From Candidatus Latescibacterota bacterium (GTDB lineage: Bacteria; Latescibacterota; UBA2968; UBA8231): DNA of 64,000 bases. This document shows, piece by piece, positions 1-10,400 of this stretch; the stretch's first letter is position 1; each line of letters begins with the position of its first letter. The notes under the pieces were generated by a model. It saw only the letters and a list, made by a program, of their open reading frames with translations. It searched no databases and was not told the DNA's origin. The DNA lies in contig CBDCSU010000006.1 of NCBI GenBank assembly GCA_965221775.1, forward strand, positions 160,001 to 224,000. Reading direction: 5' to 3'. Position numbers and translations under genes: made by a program.

Positions 1-1
1 T

Positions 2-3000
2 TGGCACGCCGCCCTCTACGCTGCCCTCTGTGGCATGCGGCGTGGACGCGGCAGGGCCATGAAAGAAGACGGAGCCTTCAAGAAGCATCATCGCCCTTGG
101 GACGGCGACGCCTGGGAGGTCTCCGCCATCATCACTCTTGACGACGGGCGCGTGATGGAACTGCGGCAGGACCTGGAAAGCAAGACCGGTACGGCTCGCG
201 CTACGGTTACAGGTCACGACTATACGAGCGAAATCATCAATGATGGCGCGCCCGACGGCGCCGTCTGGCTCGGCCTCGACCGCCGATCCTTCCTGAGCAC
301 CGCCTGCGTCAAGCAGGCCGACATTCAAGCAATCATGAACGACGCCGATGCGCTCCAGGTACACATGCAGCGCGCGGCAGCCAGCGCCGGCAGAGACGCT
401 ACCGCAGCGGCGGCACTCGCTGCGATTGAAGAGTTCCACCGCGACAACGTCGGCTCGAACCGAAGCAACAGCACCAAGCCGCTCAGAACCGCGACCGTCC
501 GCCTGAAGGACGCACGAGATCGTCTCCAAGAGGCCAGGATTGCCCACGAGAACTACGTAGCCCGACAGGTCGGGTTGGAAGCACTTGAAGTCAAAGCGGC
601 CCAGGCTGAGTGCAAGCGGCGGATTGTCGAGGCCGCGGCTGCTAAAAAGGATGCCGATGAGGCGCAAGGAAACCTCGACCGAACCCGGGAGTTGATGGCC
701 AAGCATCCCCACGACCCGGCACCCGGACATTCGCGGCAAGCCAAGCTGGCCCAGCAGGCCAAGCTGGCCCTCCAACTCCGGGACAACCAGCTCGAACCTG
801 TCGACCTGAATGGCCCCACCGCCGAGGAACTCCACCGGCAACTGAACGACCTGCCGGCCCCACCAGAAGGAGACACGGAACCGCATGCCACTGTTGTGAA
901 GGCAAGGGACGACCTCAGCAACGCCGAGGCAAGCCGGACAGACCATCATGCTCGTAGACCACCGGATCCACAGCCAGTGCACACCGGTGGATTGGACTTG
1001 GATGATATCCGCGCCCTCATTGCGGATCTCAGCTGGGAAGAACCCCAAGTGGACCCGAGTCTGCAGGGGCGTAGCGATCTGACTGGACCCACCGCCGAGG
1101 AACTCCGCCAGCAACTGAACGACCTGCCGGCCCCACCAGAAGGAGACACGGAACCGCATGCCACTGTTGTGAAGGCAAGGGACGACCTCAGCAACGCCGA
1201 GGCAAGCCGGACAGACCATCGTGCTCGTAGACCACCGGATCCACAGCAAGTGCACACCGGTGAATTGGACTTGGAGGATATCCGCGTCCTCATTGCGGAT
1301 CTCAGCTTGGAAGAGCCCCAAGTGGACCCGGGTCTGCAAGGGCGGATCGACCGAGCGCAGGCGAGGGTGAACGATTTCAAGAAACAGAAAGCACGCAAGC
1401 GATCAGGTCCCTTCGCTTGGCTGTTCCGGCTCATTGCCGCGATCTTGGCCCTCTTCAAGGGCAAACGAACAGAGGACGACAGTGCCGGGCTGCGAGCCGA
1501 GAAGGAACTGGCGGAGGCCAAGGATGCGCTGGGCGAAGAGCGCTACAGAATCGATGAAACCCGCCGGCGTAAAGCGGATGCTGCGGCCAAGGCAGCCGAC
1601 AACGGCCTGCCAGACGATCCCGAGGAACTACGCGCTCTGGTTGAACAAGCAGAAGAAGCATCCCGAGCCGAACGTGACCTCCGCAACTGGAGCGGTCAGG
1701 AAGGCTCCCTGCGCGAGAGAGTTGAACAGGCGAAGCAAGCCCTTGAGGACTCCCTCTGCGCAAGGGGAGTTGCTGACCTTCACCCGGTCAACGACGCTCT
1801 GGACGCTTACGAAGTCGCCTGCAAACGGCGAGCCGAGCAGCTTCGAGAGGCGTCTCGGCGTCAAGATCTGGAACGGGCGCTTGCCTCCAGATTGGAAGCA
1901 GAGACTGCAGCCAGGCAGGCGGCGCTGGGTGAAGAACGCTTGAGGATCGAACGCCAGCGCAAGAAGGATGCTGCGGCCAAGGCAGCCGACAACGGCCTGC
2001 CAGACGATCCCGAGGAGCTACGCGCCGTGGCTAGGCAAGCAGAAGAAGCATCCCGGGCTCAACGTGACCTCCGCAATTGGAGCGACCAAGAAGGCTCCCT
2101 GCGCGAAAAAGCTGAACAGGCGGAGCAAGCCCTGGTGGACGCCTTGGGCTCAAGAGGAGTTACTGACCTTCACCCTGCCGCCGATGCTCTGGCCACTTAC
2201 GAAGCCGCTTGCGCCAAGCGCACCGAGCAGTATCGAGAAGCGTCTCGGCGTCCAGATCTGGAGCAGGCACTCAAGGCGCGGAAGGGTGAAGAAGCTGCCG
2301 CAGCCGAGGCCGAAAGACAGCGCAGTGAAGCCGCCGATGCTCTTCGGCAAGCCGGTGAGGCGCTCGGAATCCACCACGAAGATGACGAGAGGATGGCCAT
2401 ATGCCTCCTCGACTGGGTCCAGAGCTACGAGGCCACGGCTCCAGACCGTCAGGTGGCAACCGAGGAGTGGAGCAAGCTGCGGAACTTGCTCGGTGAATTC
2501 GGCATTGAAGGCTTGGAGACGGCTGCAGAGGAAAGGCGCAGCGACGCCGAAGCAGCGGCCCAGGGCCTGGACCGGAGCGCGATCAGCTCTGTGGTTCTTG
2601 AACCCGACCCAGGGGCACAACTACAGAGACTTCGGGTACTCGAATCAGAGTGTAATCAGGCGCTGAATACCGGAAAGGGCGAGAGAAGGGAAGCTGCCCG
2701 CAACCTTCCGAGTGTGGCAGAGGCCGAGGAGGAACTCGAACGTGCCAGGGTGGAGCGCGAGAGGGTTACCAATCTGGACGACATCCTGTCCAAGACTCAG
2801 CAACTCCTCGAACAGGCCGAGGTAGAAGCTCACCGGGACATCGCACCACACCTTGTCAAGGCTCTGACGCCATGGATCAGGAGAGTCACAGGGGGCCGGT
2901 ACTCCACGGTAATGGTCGATCCTCAGGGCCTGATGGTCCGGGTCTCCAGTGACGGGGGCGAGTTACGGGATGCGCCCCTGCTCTCCCACGGCACGAGCGA

Positions 3001-3268
3001 GCAGATTTACCTGCTTCTGCGGTTGGCGATGGCCTGCCTGCTTACCAGAGCATCCGGTGAGACTTGCCCACTGCTGTTGGACGACGTAACAGTGCACTGC
3101 GACTCGGAAAGGCAGATTGCCATTCTCAACCTCTTGCAGGAGATCAGCACCGAACGGCAGATCATCCTGTTCAGCCAAGAGCCCGAAACACTGTCCTGGG
3201 CAGAGCGCCATCTCCAGAGAGACACAGAACGTCTCATCGAACTGGATTCCGGTGCAATAGGGGTGTGA
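2..3268 (+). CDS. SMC/Rad50-like (YhaN/SbcC-type) coiled-coil ATPase, 5'-truncated by the window edge
   Basis: Frame is open from base 2 (WHAALYAALCGMRRGRG, typical of the segment just after Walker A). Long coiled coil with a central hydrophobic segment (GPFAWLFRLIAAILALF). C-terminal ABC signature LSHGTSEQ and Walker B PLLLDD. Confidence 0.8.
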   Translation, partial: WHAALYAALCGMRRGRGRAMKEDGAFKKHHRPWDGDAWEVSAIITLDDGRVMELRQDLESKTGTARATVTGHDYTSEIINDGAPDGAVWLGLDRRSFLSTACVKQADIQAIMNDADALQVHMQRAAASAGRDATAAAALAAIEEFHRDNVGSNRSNSTKPLRTATVRLKDARDRLQEARIAHENYVARQVGLEALEVKAAQAECKRRIVEAAAAKKDADEAQGNLDRTRELMAKHPHDPAPGHSRQAKLAQQAKLALQLRDNQLEPVDLNGPTAEELHRQLNDLPAPPEGDTEPHATVVKARDDLSNAEASRTDHHARRPPDPQPVHTGGLDLDDIRALIADLSWEEPQVDPSLQGRSDLTGPTAEELRQQLNDLPAPPEGDTEPHATVVKARDDLSNAEASRTDHRARRPPDPQQVHTGELDLEDIRVLIADLSLEEPQVDPGLQGRIDRAQARVNDFKKQKARKRSGPFAWLFRLIAAILALFKGKRTEDDSAGLRAEKELAEAKDALGEERYRIDETRRRKADAAAKAADNGLPDDPEELRALVEQAEEASRAERDLRNWSGQEGSLRERVEQAKQALEDSLCARGVADLHPVNDALDAYEVACKRRAEQLREASRRQDLERALASRLEAETAARQAALGEERLRIERQRKKDAAAKAADNGLPDDPEELRAVARQAEEASRAQRDLRNWSDQEGSLREKAEQAEQALVDALGSRGVTDLHPAADALATYEAACAKRTEQYREASRRPDLEQALKARKGEEAAAAEAERQRSEAADALRQAGEALGIHHEDDERMAICLLDWVQSYEATAPDRQVATEEWSKLRNLLGEFGIEGLETAAEERRSDAEAAAQGLDRSAISSVVLEPDPGAQLQRLRVLESECNQALNTGKGERREAARNLPSVAEAEEELERARVERERVTNLDDILSKTQQLLEQAEVEAHRDIAPHLVKALTPWIRRVTGGRYSTVMVDPQGLMVRVSSDGGELRDAPLLSHGTSEQIYLLLRLAMACLLTRASGETCPLLLDDVTVHCDSERQIAILNLLQEISTERQIILFSQEPETLSWAERHLQRDTERLIELDSGAIGV
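802..1345 (+). repeat. Intragenic tandem duplication, 2 x 273 bp (91 aa)
   Basis: gacctgccggccccaccagaagg occurs at 848 and 1121; near-identical peptide GPTAEEL...EEPQVDPxLQGR twice. Boundaries approximate. Confidence 0.95.
1525..2295 (+). repeat. Intragenic tandem duplication, 2 x 390 bp (130 aa)
   Basis: ggatgctgcggccaaggcagccgacaacggcc occurs at 1576 and 1966; DAAAKAADNGLPDDPEELRA...EASRRxDLE twice. Boundaries approximate. Confidence 0.95.
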
Positions 3269-3327
3269 CCTGACGGAGACTCCGGCTCGGACTCGCTCTT
3301 TCCGTCGCCACGCTGCGCTCCCGACCG

Positions 3328-3530
3328 CTACCGCGGCAGCGAGTACGACGGTTCATTGGCAAACCGCTCCATCTCCAGATCGAGGCGGATGCCACCCCAA
3401 GCGCAGGCCCGAGGGTGGGCTGCCGATCCTTCACCTCCACAGGAATCCGCATGTCCCGCACGATGGGCTTACCGCCGAATACCACGTGACGGGCTGTTAT
3501 GCGGTTCAGTAGTTCATCCCTGGTCGTCAT
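3328..3530 (-). pseudogene. Chimeric remnant: DUF433-type antitoxin N-terminus fused to a diverged copy of the 3' end of the 3548-5443 gene
   Basis: ATG at 3530 gives MTTRDELLNRITARHVVFGGKPIVRDMRIPVE (DUF433 GGKP..R..RIPV motif). 3328-3440 aligns with 3548-3661 (VEVKDRQ...MERFAxEPSYSLP) with a 1-nt deletion. Confidence 0.7.
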
Positions 3531-3547
3531 ACCTGCACGATTGCTCC

Positions 3548-5443
3548 TTACCACGGCAGTGAGTACGAGGGCTCCTTGGCGAACCGCTCCATCCCCAAAT
3601 CCAGGCGGACTCCCGCGCCCGGCGCGAGCCCGACCGTGAACTGCCGGTCCTTCACCTCCACCCTCCGGTCCTCCAACTGCCCCCGCACCACCTCCCGGAA
3701 CTGCGCCTCGTGCGTCTGGCCGGCCGCGGCCTCCTCGGCGCTCAAAGGACGGCGCTGCTGCCAGGAGGCAGTCGTGAACCAGTGCTCGCCGAAGACGCCG
3801 GCCTGCACCCGCATCTCCCGCGCCTCGGTGGCGCTGAGGTTCACCAGCTGCACCACGACTCGGTCCTCCTCCAGGACCTCCACCAGGGCAGCCACGTCGC
3901 GCGGCAGTCCGGGGCGCCGGCGCTGGCAGTCGAAGTAGCGCAGCCGCGCCATCTGCAACCCGCCGTTGTAGAGGTATAGCGGCCCTCCCATGGTCAGCTG
4001 CAGCAGCCCCTCCACGGTGACGGGGTTGCGCACCTGGAGGTACCAATCCCCGTAGGTCGCGGGGTCCTGGCGGTCGTCGCGCATGAAGGCCAGCCGCTGG
4101 TGCACCTGGGCGAGGTTGTGGCGCAGCATGTCGCAGGGGAACCCGGGATACTCCCCCCGCAGCCAGGAGAACCAGGCGGCCTCGTGGCCGGCGCCGTGCT
4201 TGGAGCCGTGGGAGCGGATGCGGCGCCAGTCCTTCGACTCGTGGTTGCGCTGCCGCACCAGCCGCTCCGCGTCGGCGGCGCTCATCGTCATCTGCCAGAT
4301 GTGCGTCATCGGCGCCGGGTGCATAGGCGCGTACCCGTCCCATCCCTTGTCGTGGTAGTGATGGGGGGGGTACAGGGTGGAGCCGCGCTCCTCCCCCTTC
4401 TCCATGAGCAGATCGATCTGCGAGCGCGGGAACTCCATGTACCCGGGGTCGCGGCACATGAGGGCCGCGTTCTCGGCGGCGGCGGTCACGGCGTCGGCCA
4501 TCAGGTGCCAGCCGTGGGGCCAGGTCCAGCCGTAGTAGCCGCCCCACCACTTGCCGTCGATGTACTCGCCGATCTCGCCCGACAGGCCGACGTTGTCGGG
4601 AATTACGCCGCCGTTCTGCCGGGTGCGCTCCATCCAGCTCTCGGTGTACTCCACCACCCAGTCGCGGTACTTCGCCTCGCCCCCGAAGAGGTAGGCGTTG
4701 GTGACCAGCGTGGTGGCGCCGAGGTTGGTGGCCACGTCGCCGCGGCCCATGCGCTCGACGAGGGCGCGCCCCATCAACTCCTCCATGCCCGGCTTCTGCA
4801 GGTCTTCCACCGAGTCGATACCGGGAAGGTCGTGGAAGGGCAGGGGCCACGGCTTCCACTGGTCGTAGCGGTAGACGGTGTAGTGCTTGTCGAAGTTGCG
4901 GAAGGCTGGCCCCATCGATCCGTTGTGGGCGCACTTGATGAGCTTCTTTTCCGGATCGTAGTTGAGCGCCTCGGGGTCCTCGTTGAGGTAAAAGCCGGCG
5001 TAACGTCTCGCCCTCTCGGCGTTGCGCTCGTTCCCCGGGTCGGCGAGGCAGAGGTTGTAGAAGAAGGCGTAGCCCTCCCCCTGGTGCATCCAGTCGTACC
5101 CCTGCTCGTACTCCTTGACCACCATCGGGTGACCGTGCCCGGTGTCGTAGCGGCTGAACTGCCGGGTGATCCCCTCCCAGGCGAGATGGGAGTATTCCAG
5201 CAGGTGGTCCCCCCCTCCCATCAGGTAGAAGAGCGGCCAGTTGTGGAAGCTCTCGTAGGCGTCGTCGAGACCGTCGATGCCGGTGAAGTCCTCCCGCGTC
5301 GGCCACATGACCGAGCCGTCGCCGTGGACGTAGCGCTCCATCACGGGGGCGACGGAGTCGTCCATCAGGTCGATGAGGCTGCGCTCGAGCAGGGCCCATT
5401 CCGGCGGCTCGACAAAGGGGACGTTCGCTTCGATCCGGGTCAT
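3548..5443 (-). CDS. Conserved hypothetical protein, 631 aa, probably an (alpha/alpha)-toroid enzyme
   Basis: Long ORF with strong GC3 codon bias and aromatic/acidic motifs (DDAYESFHNWP, YDWMHQGEG, WWGGYYGWTWPHG); ATGA overlap with the upstream gene. The fold is a guess. Confidence 0.7.
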   Translation of the reverse strand: MTRIEANVPFVEPPEWALLERSLIDLMDDSVAPVMERYVHGDGSVMWPTREDFTGIDGLDDAYESFHNWPLFYLMGGGDHLLEYSHLAWEGITRQFSRYDTGHGHPMVVKEYEQGYDWMHQGEGYAFFYNLCLADPGNERNAERARRYAGFYLNEDPEALNYDPEKKLIKCAHNGSMGPAFRNFDKHYTVYRYDQWKPWPLPFHDLPGIDSVEDLQKPGMEELMGRALVERMGRGDVATNLGATTLVTNAYLFGGEAKYRDWVVEYTESWMERTRQNGGVIPDNVGLSGEIGEYIDGKWWGGYYGWTWPHGWHLMADAVTAAAENAALMCRDPGYMEFPRSQIDLLMEKGEERGSTLYPPHHYHDKGWDGYAPMHPAPMTHIWQMTMSAADAERLVRQRNHESKDWRRIRSHGSKHGAGHEAAWFSWLRGEYPGFPCDMLRHNLAQVHQRLAFMRDDRQDPATYGDWYLQVRNPVTVEGLLQLTMGGPLYLYNGGLQMARLRYFDCQRRRPGLPRDVAALVEVLEEDRVVVQLVNLSATEAREMRVQAGVFGEHWFTTASWQQRRPLSAEEAAAGQTHEAQFREVVRGQLEDRRVEVKDRQFTVGLAPGAGVRLDLGMERFAKEPSYSLPW

Positions 5444-6723
5444 GGTTCCTGGGCTACCTCTTCATGGCGCGCGGCGTAGATCGTGAGCCGGGTCGCTTCA
5501 CCGATCTGCTCCAGCTCGGGGCGGCGCCCGGACAGGCGCAGGCTGTCCCTGACCAGATTCAGGAATCCCTCCCCTCTCGCTTCCATGTAGCTGCGGCCGG
5601 TGAGGGCGCTCTTGTAGTCGCGCATGAATCCCGCCAGAAGCTGATTCCTGCGGACGGGCTGACAGCCCGCGTACAGGTTCTCGATGGTCAGCGTGTTGTA
5701 GAGGGCGCCCGGATTCTGGAACTCGATCCGGTCGGGGAACATGCGGATGATGATCTGCGACCCCTTGATCTCGTAGTCCCGGTGGACGACGGCGTTCACC
5801 ACCGCCTCCTGGAGAGCCGTCTCCACGTAGCTCGGATAGTCCATGCGGCCCTCTCCATCTTTCCGGGACAGGGTCGGAACCAGGGGAGACAGCCGGATAT
5901 ACGACAAGGCCTGGGCGATCTGCTCCGGCACGGGACCGACGATCCGCTTGGTATCAATGGTATTGCCGTCGGGATCCTCGTGCGCATAGGCGGCCAGATC
6001 GATGCAGGCGCCGTTCATGTGCCGCTCGGGCTCTTCGGCAAAGAGCAACAGGCCGAGGTGCGTCGGCGTCACACCCGAATCCAGCTCGACGGCGAGTTTG
6101 TGGGCCACGAGGGTGGAGCCCCGATCCTCGGGCCAGGACCAGTCCGGGAAGCGGTCGCGGAAATATCTCTCCAGGCGGACCTCGCTGAGATCGTTCAGAT
6201 CGCTGCCCAGGACCGGCCGCTCCTCTATGGGATCGGCCAGGCGACGAGCACTCAACAGGCGTGCCAGCCGTTCCGCAGGGATGGATTGCCGGTGGCTGCC
6301 CAATCGTTGAAGAAAGCGCCCGTCGCTGGTCTGGTGTACATCGAACCTGGACATGGGGACTTCGACTATGAGGCAGAGCTTCGGTGCGTCGCCTTCTCCG
6401 GGCAGGTACTCCCAAGTCAACGCCGGGACGATCATCGGCTTGCAGTTGTTCAGCGCCACATTGATGACGAACTGCTCCAGGAGATCACGCTTTTCGGGGT
6501 CGATCCCGACGGGCACTCGATCGCTGTCGCGAACGCCCATCACGACCTCGCCCCCCTTCGTGTTGGCCATGCTGACGAATACCTCGGCGAGCCGGGACGC
6601 GGCGCGTCCTTCTTCCCTGGCAAAGGAGACCCTGTCCCCCCGGAACACGATCTCCTTCAGTTCGAGCTGGGTGTCCTCCCCCGCCCGGATGGAGCTCATG
6701 CGTTCCTCTCTGTCAATCCTCAT
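5440..6723 (-). CDS. Schlafen/AlbA_2-domain ATP-binding protein with HATPase-like (RecG C-terminal-like) domain
   Basis: GEDTQLELKE...SMANTKGGEVVMGVRD (AlbA_2); ALQEAVVNAVVHRDY, IEFQNPG, RRNQLLA, MEARGEG (HATPase_c_4-type). Start taken at ATG 6723 rather than the track's 6975. Confidence 0.85.
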   Translation of the reverse strand: MRIDREERMSSIRAGEDTQLELKEIVFRGDRVSFAREEGRAASRLAEVFVSMANTKGGEVVMGVRDSDRVPVGIDPEKRDLLEQFVINVALNNCKPMIVPALTWEYLPGEGDAPKLCLIVEVPMSRFDVHQTSDGRFLQRLGSHRQSIPAERLARLLSARRLADPIEERPVLGSDLNDLSEVRLERYFRDRFPDWSWPEDRGSTLVAHKLAVELDSGVTPTHLGLLLFAEEPERHMNGACIDLAAYAHEDPDGNTIDTKRIVGPVPEQIAQALSYIRLSPLVPTLSRKDGEGRMDYPSYVETALQEAVVNAVVHRDYEIKGSQIIIRMFPDRIEFQNPGALYNTLTIENLYAGCQPVRRNQLLAGFMRDYKSALTGRSYMEARGEGFLNLVRDSLRLSGRRPELEQIGEATRLTIYAARHEEVAQEP

Positions 6724-7062
6724 CGTCGCCTCGCTCCGTTGCCCGGCTGCCTCTGCGAGCGTCTGGAGGGACTCCACCTTCCGGCGGCTGGCACATGCAT
6801 GGAAATATAGGAGATGGCCGCCTCGGAACATGTCAGGGTAGGTCGAAGCCGGGTACGCGGACGGCTGATCGAGGGCCTTGAGGCGGCGGCGGTCACCGCC
6901 GCCACGCCGCCGTCGAGGGGCGGGTCGAGTCCTGCGGGGGCACTGTTCCTGGTGGCTGAACGGGAAGGGAGGCAAGTTCCGCTGCTCCGCCCCTCCTACC
7001 GGATGAGGGCCAGCTTGCCGACGCGCACCAAGCCGTGACCCGCTGGCTGGCGGGTGTTGTGA

Positions 7063-7325
7063 ATGTTCAGCGTCACCGGCGCGGGCGGTGCGTTCCGGCT
7101 CACCGTGTCCCTGCCCGCCGCGGCATGGGAACCGGAGTCCCCGCCGGTCAACAACGCGCCGGCCTTTGCCGACGGGACGGCGCGAACCGCAGCCTGGCCG
7201 AGAACAGCGCCGGCGGCCTCAACGTCGGCACGCCCGTTAGCGCTGACGACCCGGACGGCGACGCGCTGACCTACTCCCTGTCGGGCGCGGACGCCGGTTC
7301 CTTTGACATTGACATCATCGCCGGC
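7063..7325 (+). pseudogene. Frameshifted cadherin-domain fragment
   Basis: VNNAPAFADG in one frame continues as RSLAENSAGGLNVGTPVSADDPDGDALTYSLSGADAGSFDID in another: cadherin motifs NxAPxF, xEN and DxDGD. Confidence 0.75.
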
Positions 7326-7492
7326 ATCCAGCAGCCGTTAGCCGACCCAGGCGGCCTCGCCGCCGGGCATCGAACTCCTCGAAGGAGCGCCGTAGGGGAC
7401 TGAACGGTTACCTCAGCGTACCATGCAGCGCGCCTGGGCACCTCAGTCCTCCTGAGATTGCAGTCCTAATCCTGATTCCGGCGTGTGTCCGC

Positions 7493-10400
7493 TCACCGCA
7501 GCAGGGTCAGCTTGCGCGTCTGCACGGCCTCGGGCGTCACAAGCCGGTACACGTAGATTCCGCTGGCCAGCGGTCGACCCTGGTCGTCGCGACCGTCCCA
7601 GCGCAGGCTGTGGAGGCCCGCCTTCACCGGACCCTCCTGCAGCACGGCGACCTGCTGACCCGTCAGGGCGAACATCTCAAGACGCGCCGGTCCGGACTGC
7701 AGCTGGAACCAGGAGATTACGGTCCCGCTGTTGAAGGGATTTGGCGCGTTCTGTGCCAACTGTGGACCCTCCGGCAGGCCGATCAGCTCCCGGGCCATCG
7801 CCACCAGCTTGGCCCGCGCCGGTTGCCCGAAGTGTTCGGCGAAGAGGAAGAAGTCCGCGAAGTCCACCGTGCCGCTGGCGTCCAGGTCGAACCGGGGGTC
7901 GCTGCTCCCGAAGGCCTCGCTGAAGAGGAAGAAGTCGGAGAAACCGATCTCCCCGTCGCCGTCGAAGTCGGCGGTTGCCCTGGCCGTCGCGGTGAAGGTC
8001 ACGGATTCGTCGAGGCCAGAGACAGTTGCCTCGACTGTGTGAGTCCCCGGCTGGCTTCCGAGTGTCAGCCAACTGGCGACGACGCCGTTCGCATCGGTCG
8101 TGCTGGTGGCAGGAGACATCGTCCCACTGCCGGCGGTGACGACGAAGGTGACGGCCGCCCCTGGTAGTCCCTCCCCATTCTGATCTTTCACTTGAACCAT
8201 GAAGGGATACTCCAACGTGGCGTTGGGCAACCCGTGCTGGTCAAGGCCGGTGAGTATTTCCAGAGTCCGGGCGTACGGTTTCAAGAACTGCACATCCCAT
8301 AGCACGACCGTGCCGTCATCCGACCCGGAAGCGAGCGTTGTCCCATCTGGGGAGAAGGCAACCGTCTGGACCCAACCCACATGCCCTCCCGCCAGAGTGG
8401 CGAGCCATGACTTCCTCTCCACATCCCACAGAATGACTGTTTGATCGTCAGATCCGGAAGCGAGGACGGTGCCATCCGGGGAAAACCGGACCGAGCGGAC
8501 TACGTCATTGTGTCGCCCCCCCAAGGTGGCGGAATGGGTGCCCGCTGCAAGGTCCCACAGCCTGACCGACCCTTGCCAGGAGTACGCCGAGGCCAGAGTT
8601 GCACCATCAGGTGAGAAGGCCACGGAGTAGACTCCATTCCCATGCCCCTCCAGGTTGGCGGTATTGGTGCCCGTGGCTGCATCCCATTGCTTCACAGTGC
8701 CCTCATCCACCGTCGCTGTAGCGATGGCTGCCCCATCTGGTGAAAAGGCCACGGAGCCGGCCCAATGGCCATGGCCCTCCAGGGTGGCGACATTCGTGCC
8801 CGTGGCTACTTCCAGCAGGTCTATGGTACCATCGTGCCTCTCCATTGCGAAGGTTCCCCCGTCGGGCGACACTGCCATGACCGCACTTTCGCCGGACAGG
8901 GTAGAGGAGTTTTCGCGTGTTGCCACGTCCCACATCTTCACCGTGCCCCATGTCCCGGAAACCAGTGTCGTCCCACCGGGCAGAAACCGCAGGAAGTAGA
9001 TGCTGGTCCTGTGCGCGTTCAGGATGGCGGCATGCCTTCCTGTCGCCGGCTCCCACAGGTTGATCGCGTCGCGATAGCCGCCCAAGCTTCCTCCGCCCCC
9101 GGAAGCCAGTTTGGTCCCGTCGGGGGAAAAGGCCACGGTAGCGACGTTGTCCGTGTGCCCGGAGATAGTGGCGGCGCTCTCCGTCGCCAGGTCCCACACC
9201 TTGACCGTATTGTCCCACCTCGACACCGAAGCCAGAGTGGTGCCGTCCTGCGAGAACGCCAGGGAGGAAATCGGACCTGTATGTGCCTCCAGAACAGCGG
9301 TCTCATTGCCCGTCGCCAGATCCCACACCTTGATGATGTCAGCCCAGCCACCGGTAGCGAGCAGCCCCCCGACGGGAGAAGAGGCCAGGACGTCCCCCGC
9401 CGGATCGAGGGTGGCGGTTTCGGTGCCTGTCGCAACGTCCCACAGCTTCACCGTGTTCCCCCCTGAATGGGAAGCCAGGGTTGCGCCATCGGATGAGAAC
9501 GCTACGGACTTGATCCCACCCCCAAGATCCACCAGAGTGGCGGTTCGGGTACCCGTCTCCACGTCCCAGAGTCCGAGCGCGCCGTTGCCTGTACCGGAGG
9601 CGAGCATCGTTCCATCGGGCGAGAACGCCACCGCCTGGATTCCATCCGAGCCCCCTTCCTCTTCCAGGCTGGTCTTGAGCTGACCGGTAGCCACGTCCCA
9701 CAGCCTGACCGTCCCATTCCACAGCCCGCAAGCAAGGATCTTCCCATCGGGCGAGAATACCGCTTCAGAAGCAGTATGTCCCCCGAAGGCAGCGATGACC
9801 TCTCCTGTCGCGATGTTCCACAGCTTGGTCTCTGGTCTCCGATCGTCCGGAGTGGAAGCGAGCAGGCTCCCATCGGGGGAAAAGGTCACCGATCCGAACC
9901 TGTTCTCAGCAGTGGGGAACAAGGCGAGGGGACGGAACGTCGCCACTTCGTACAGCCAGATACCGATGGTGCTCACCAAGGCCAGGCTCTGACCGTCTGG
10001 AGAAAAGACGGCCGCCCTTTCACCTACACTGACGCGTCCCTTTCCCAGGCGCATGATGGCATTCTCGGGCAGGTGCCAGGTCCGGTAATCGCCCTCCCTG
10101 GGGGCGATGGTTCCGACACCCAGTGCATCGAAGGTCACCGGCCCGAGCCCGGAGAGGGAGACTTCAACGGTGTTGATGCCTGGCGTGGGACCGAGCGTGA
10201 GGGTCATCTCGGCCCGGCCATGGACATCGGTGGTTGAGGTCCCCCCATCAGAGCGACCGCCCAGTCTGCCTTCACCTGCGGTGACGACAAAGGTGACCAC
10301 AGCACCCGGCAATGGGAGACCGTACTGATCCCTTACCTCTACCACGTACGGATCTGCCAGGGCTGTACCGGGCGCGGCCTGCTGGTCATCGCCCGATATC

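Noticed and set aside
3328-3661. Diversity-generating retroelement TR/VR pair
   Set aside because: Mismatches are not adenine-specific, many are synonymous and there is an indel; no reverse transcriptase is present in the window.
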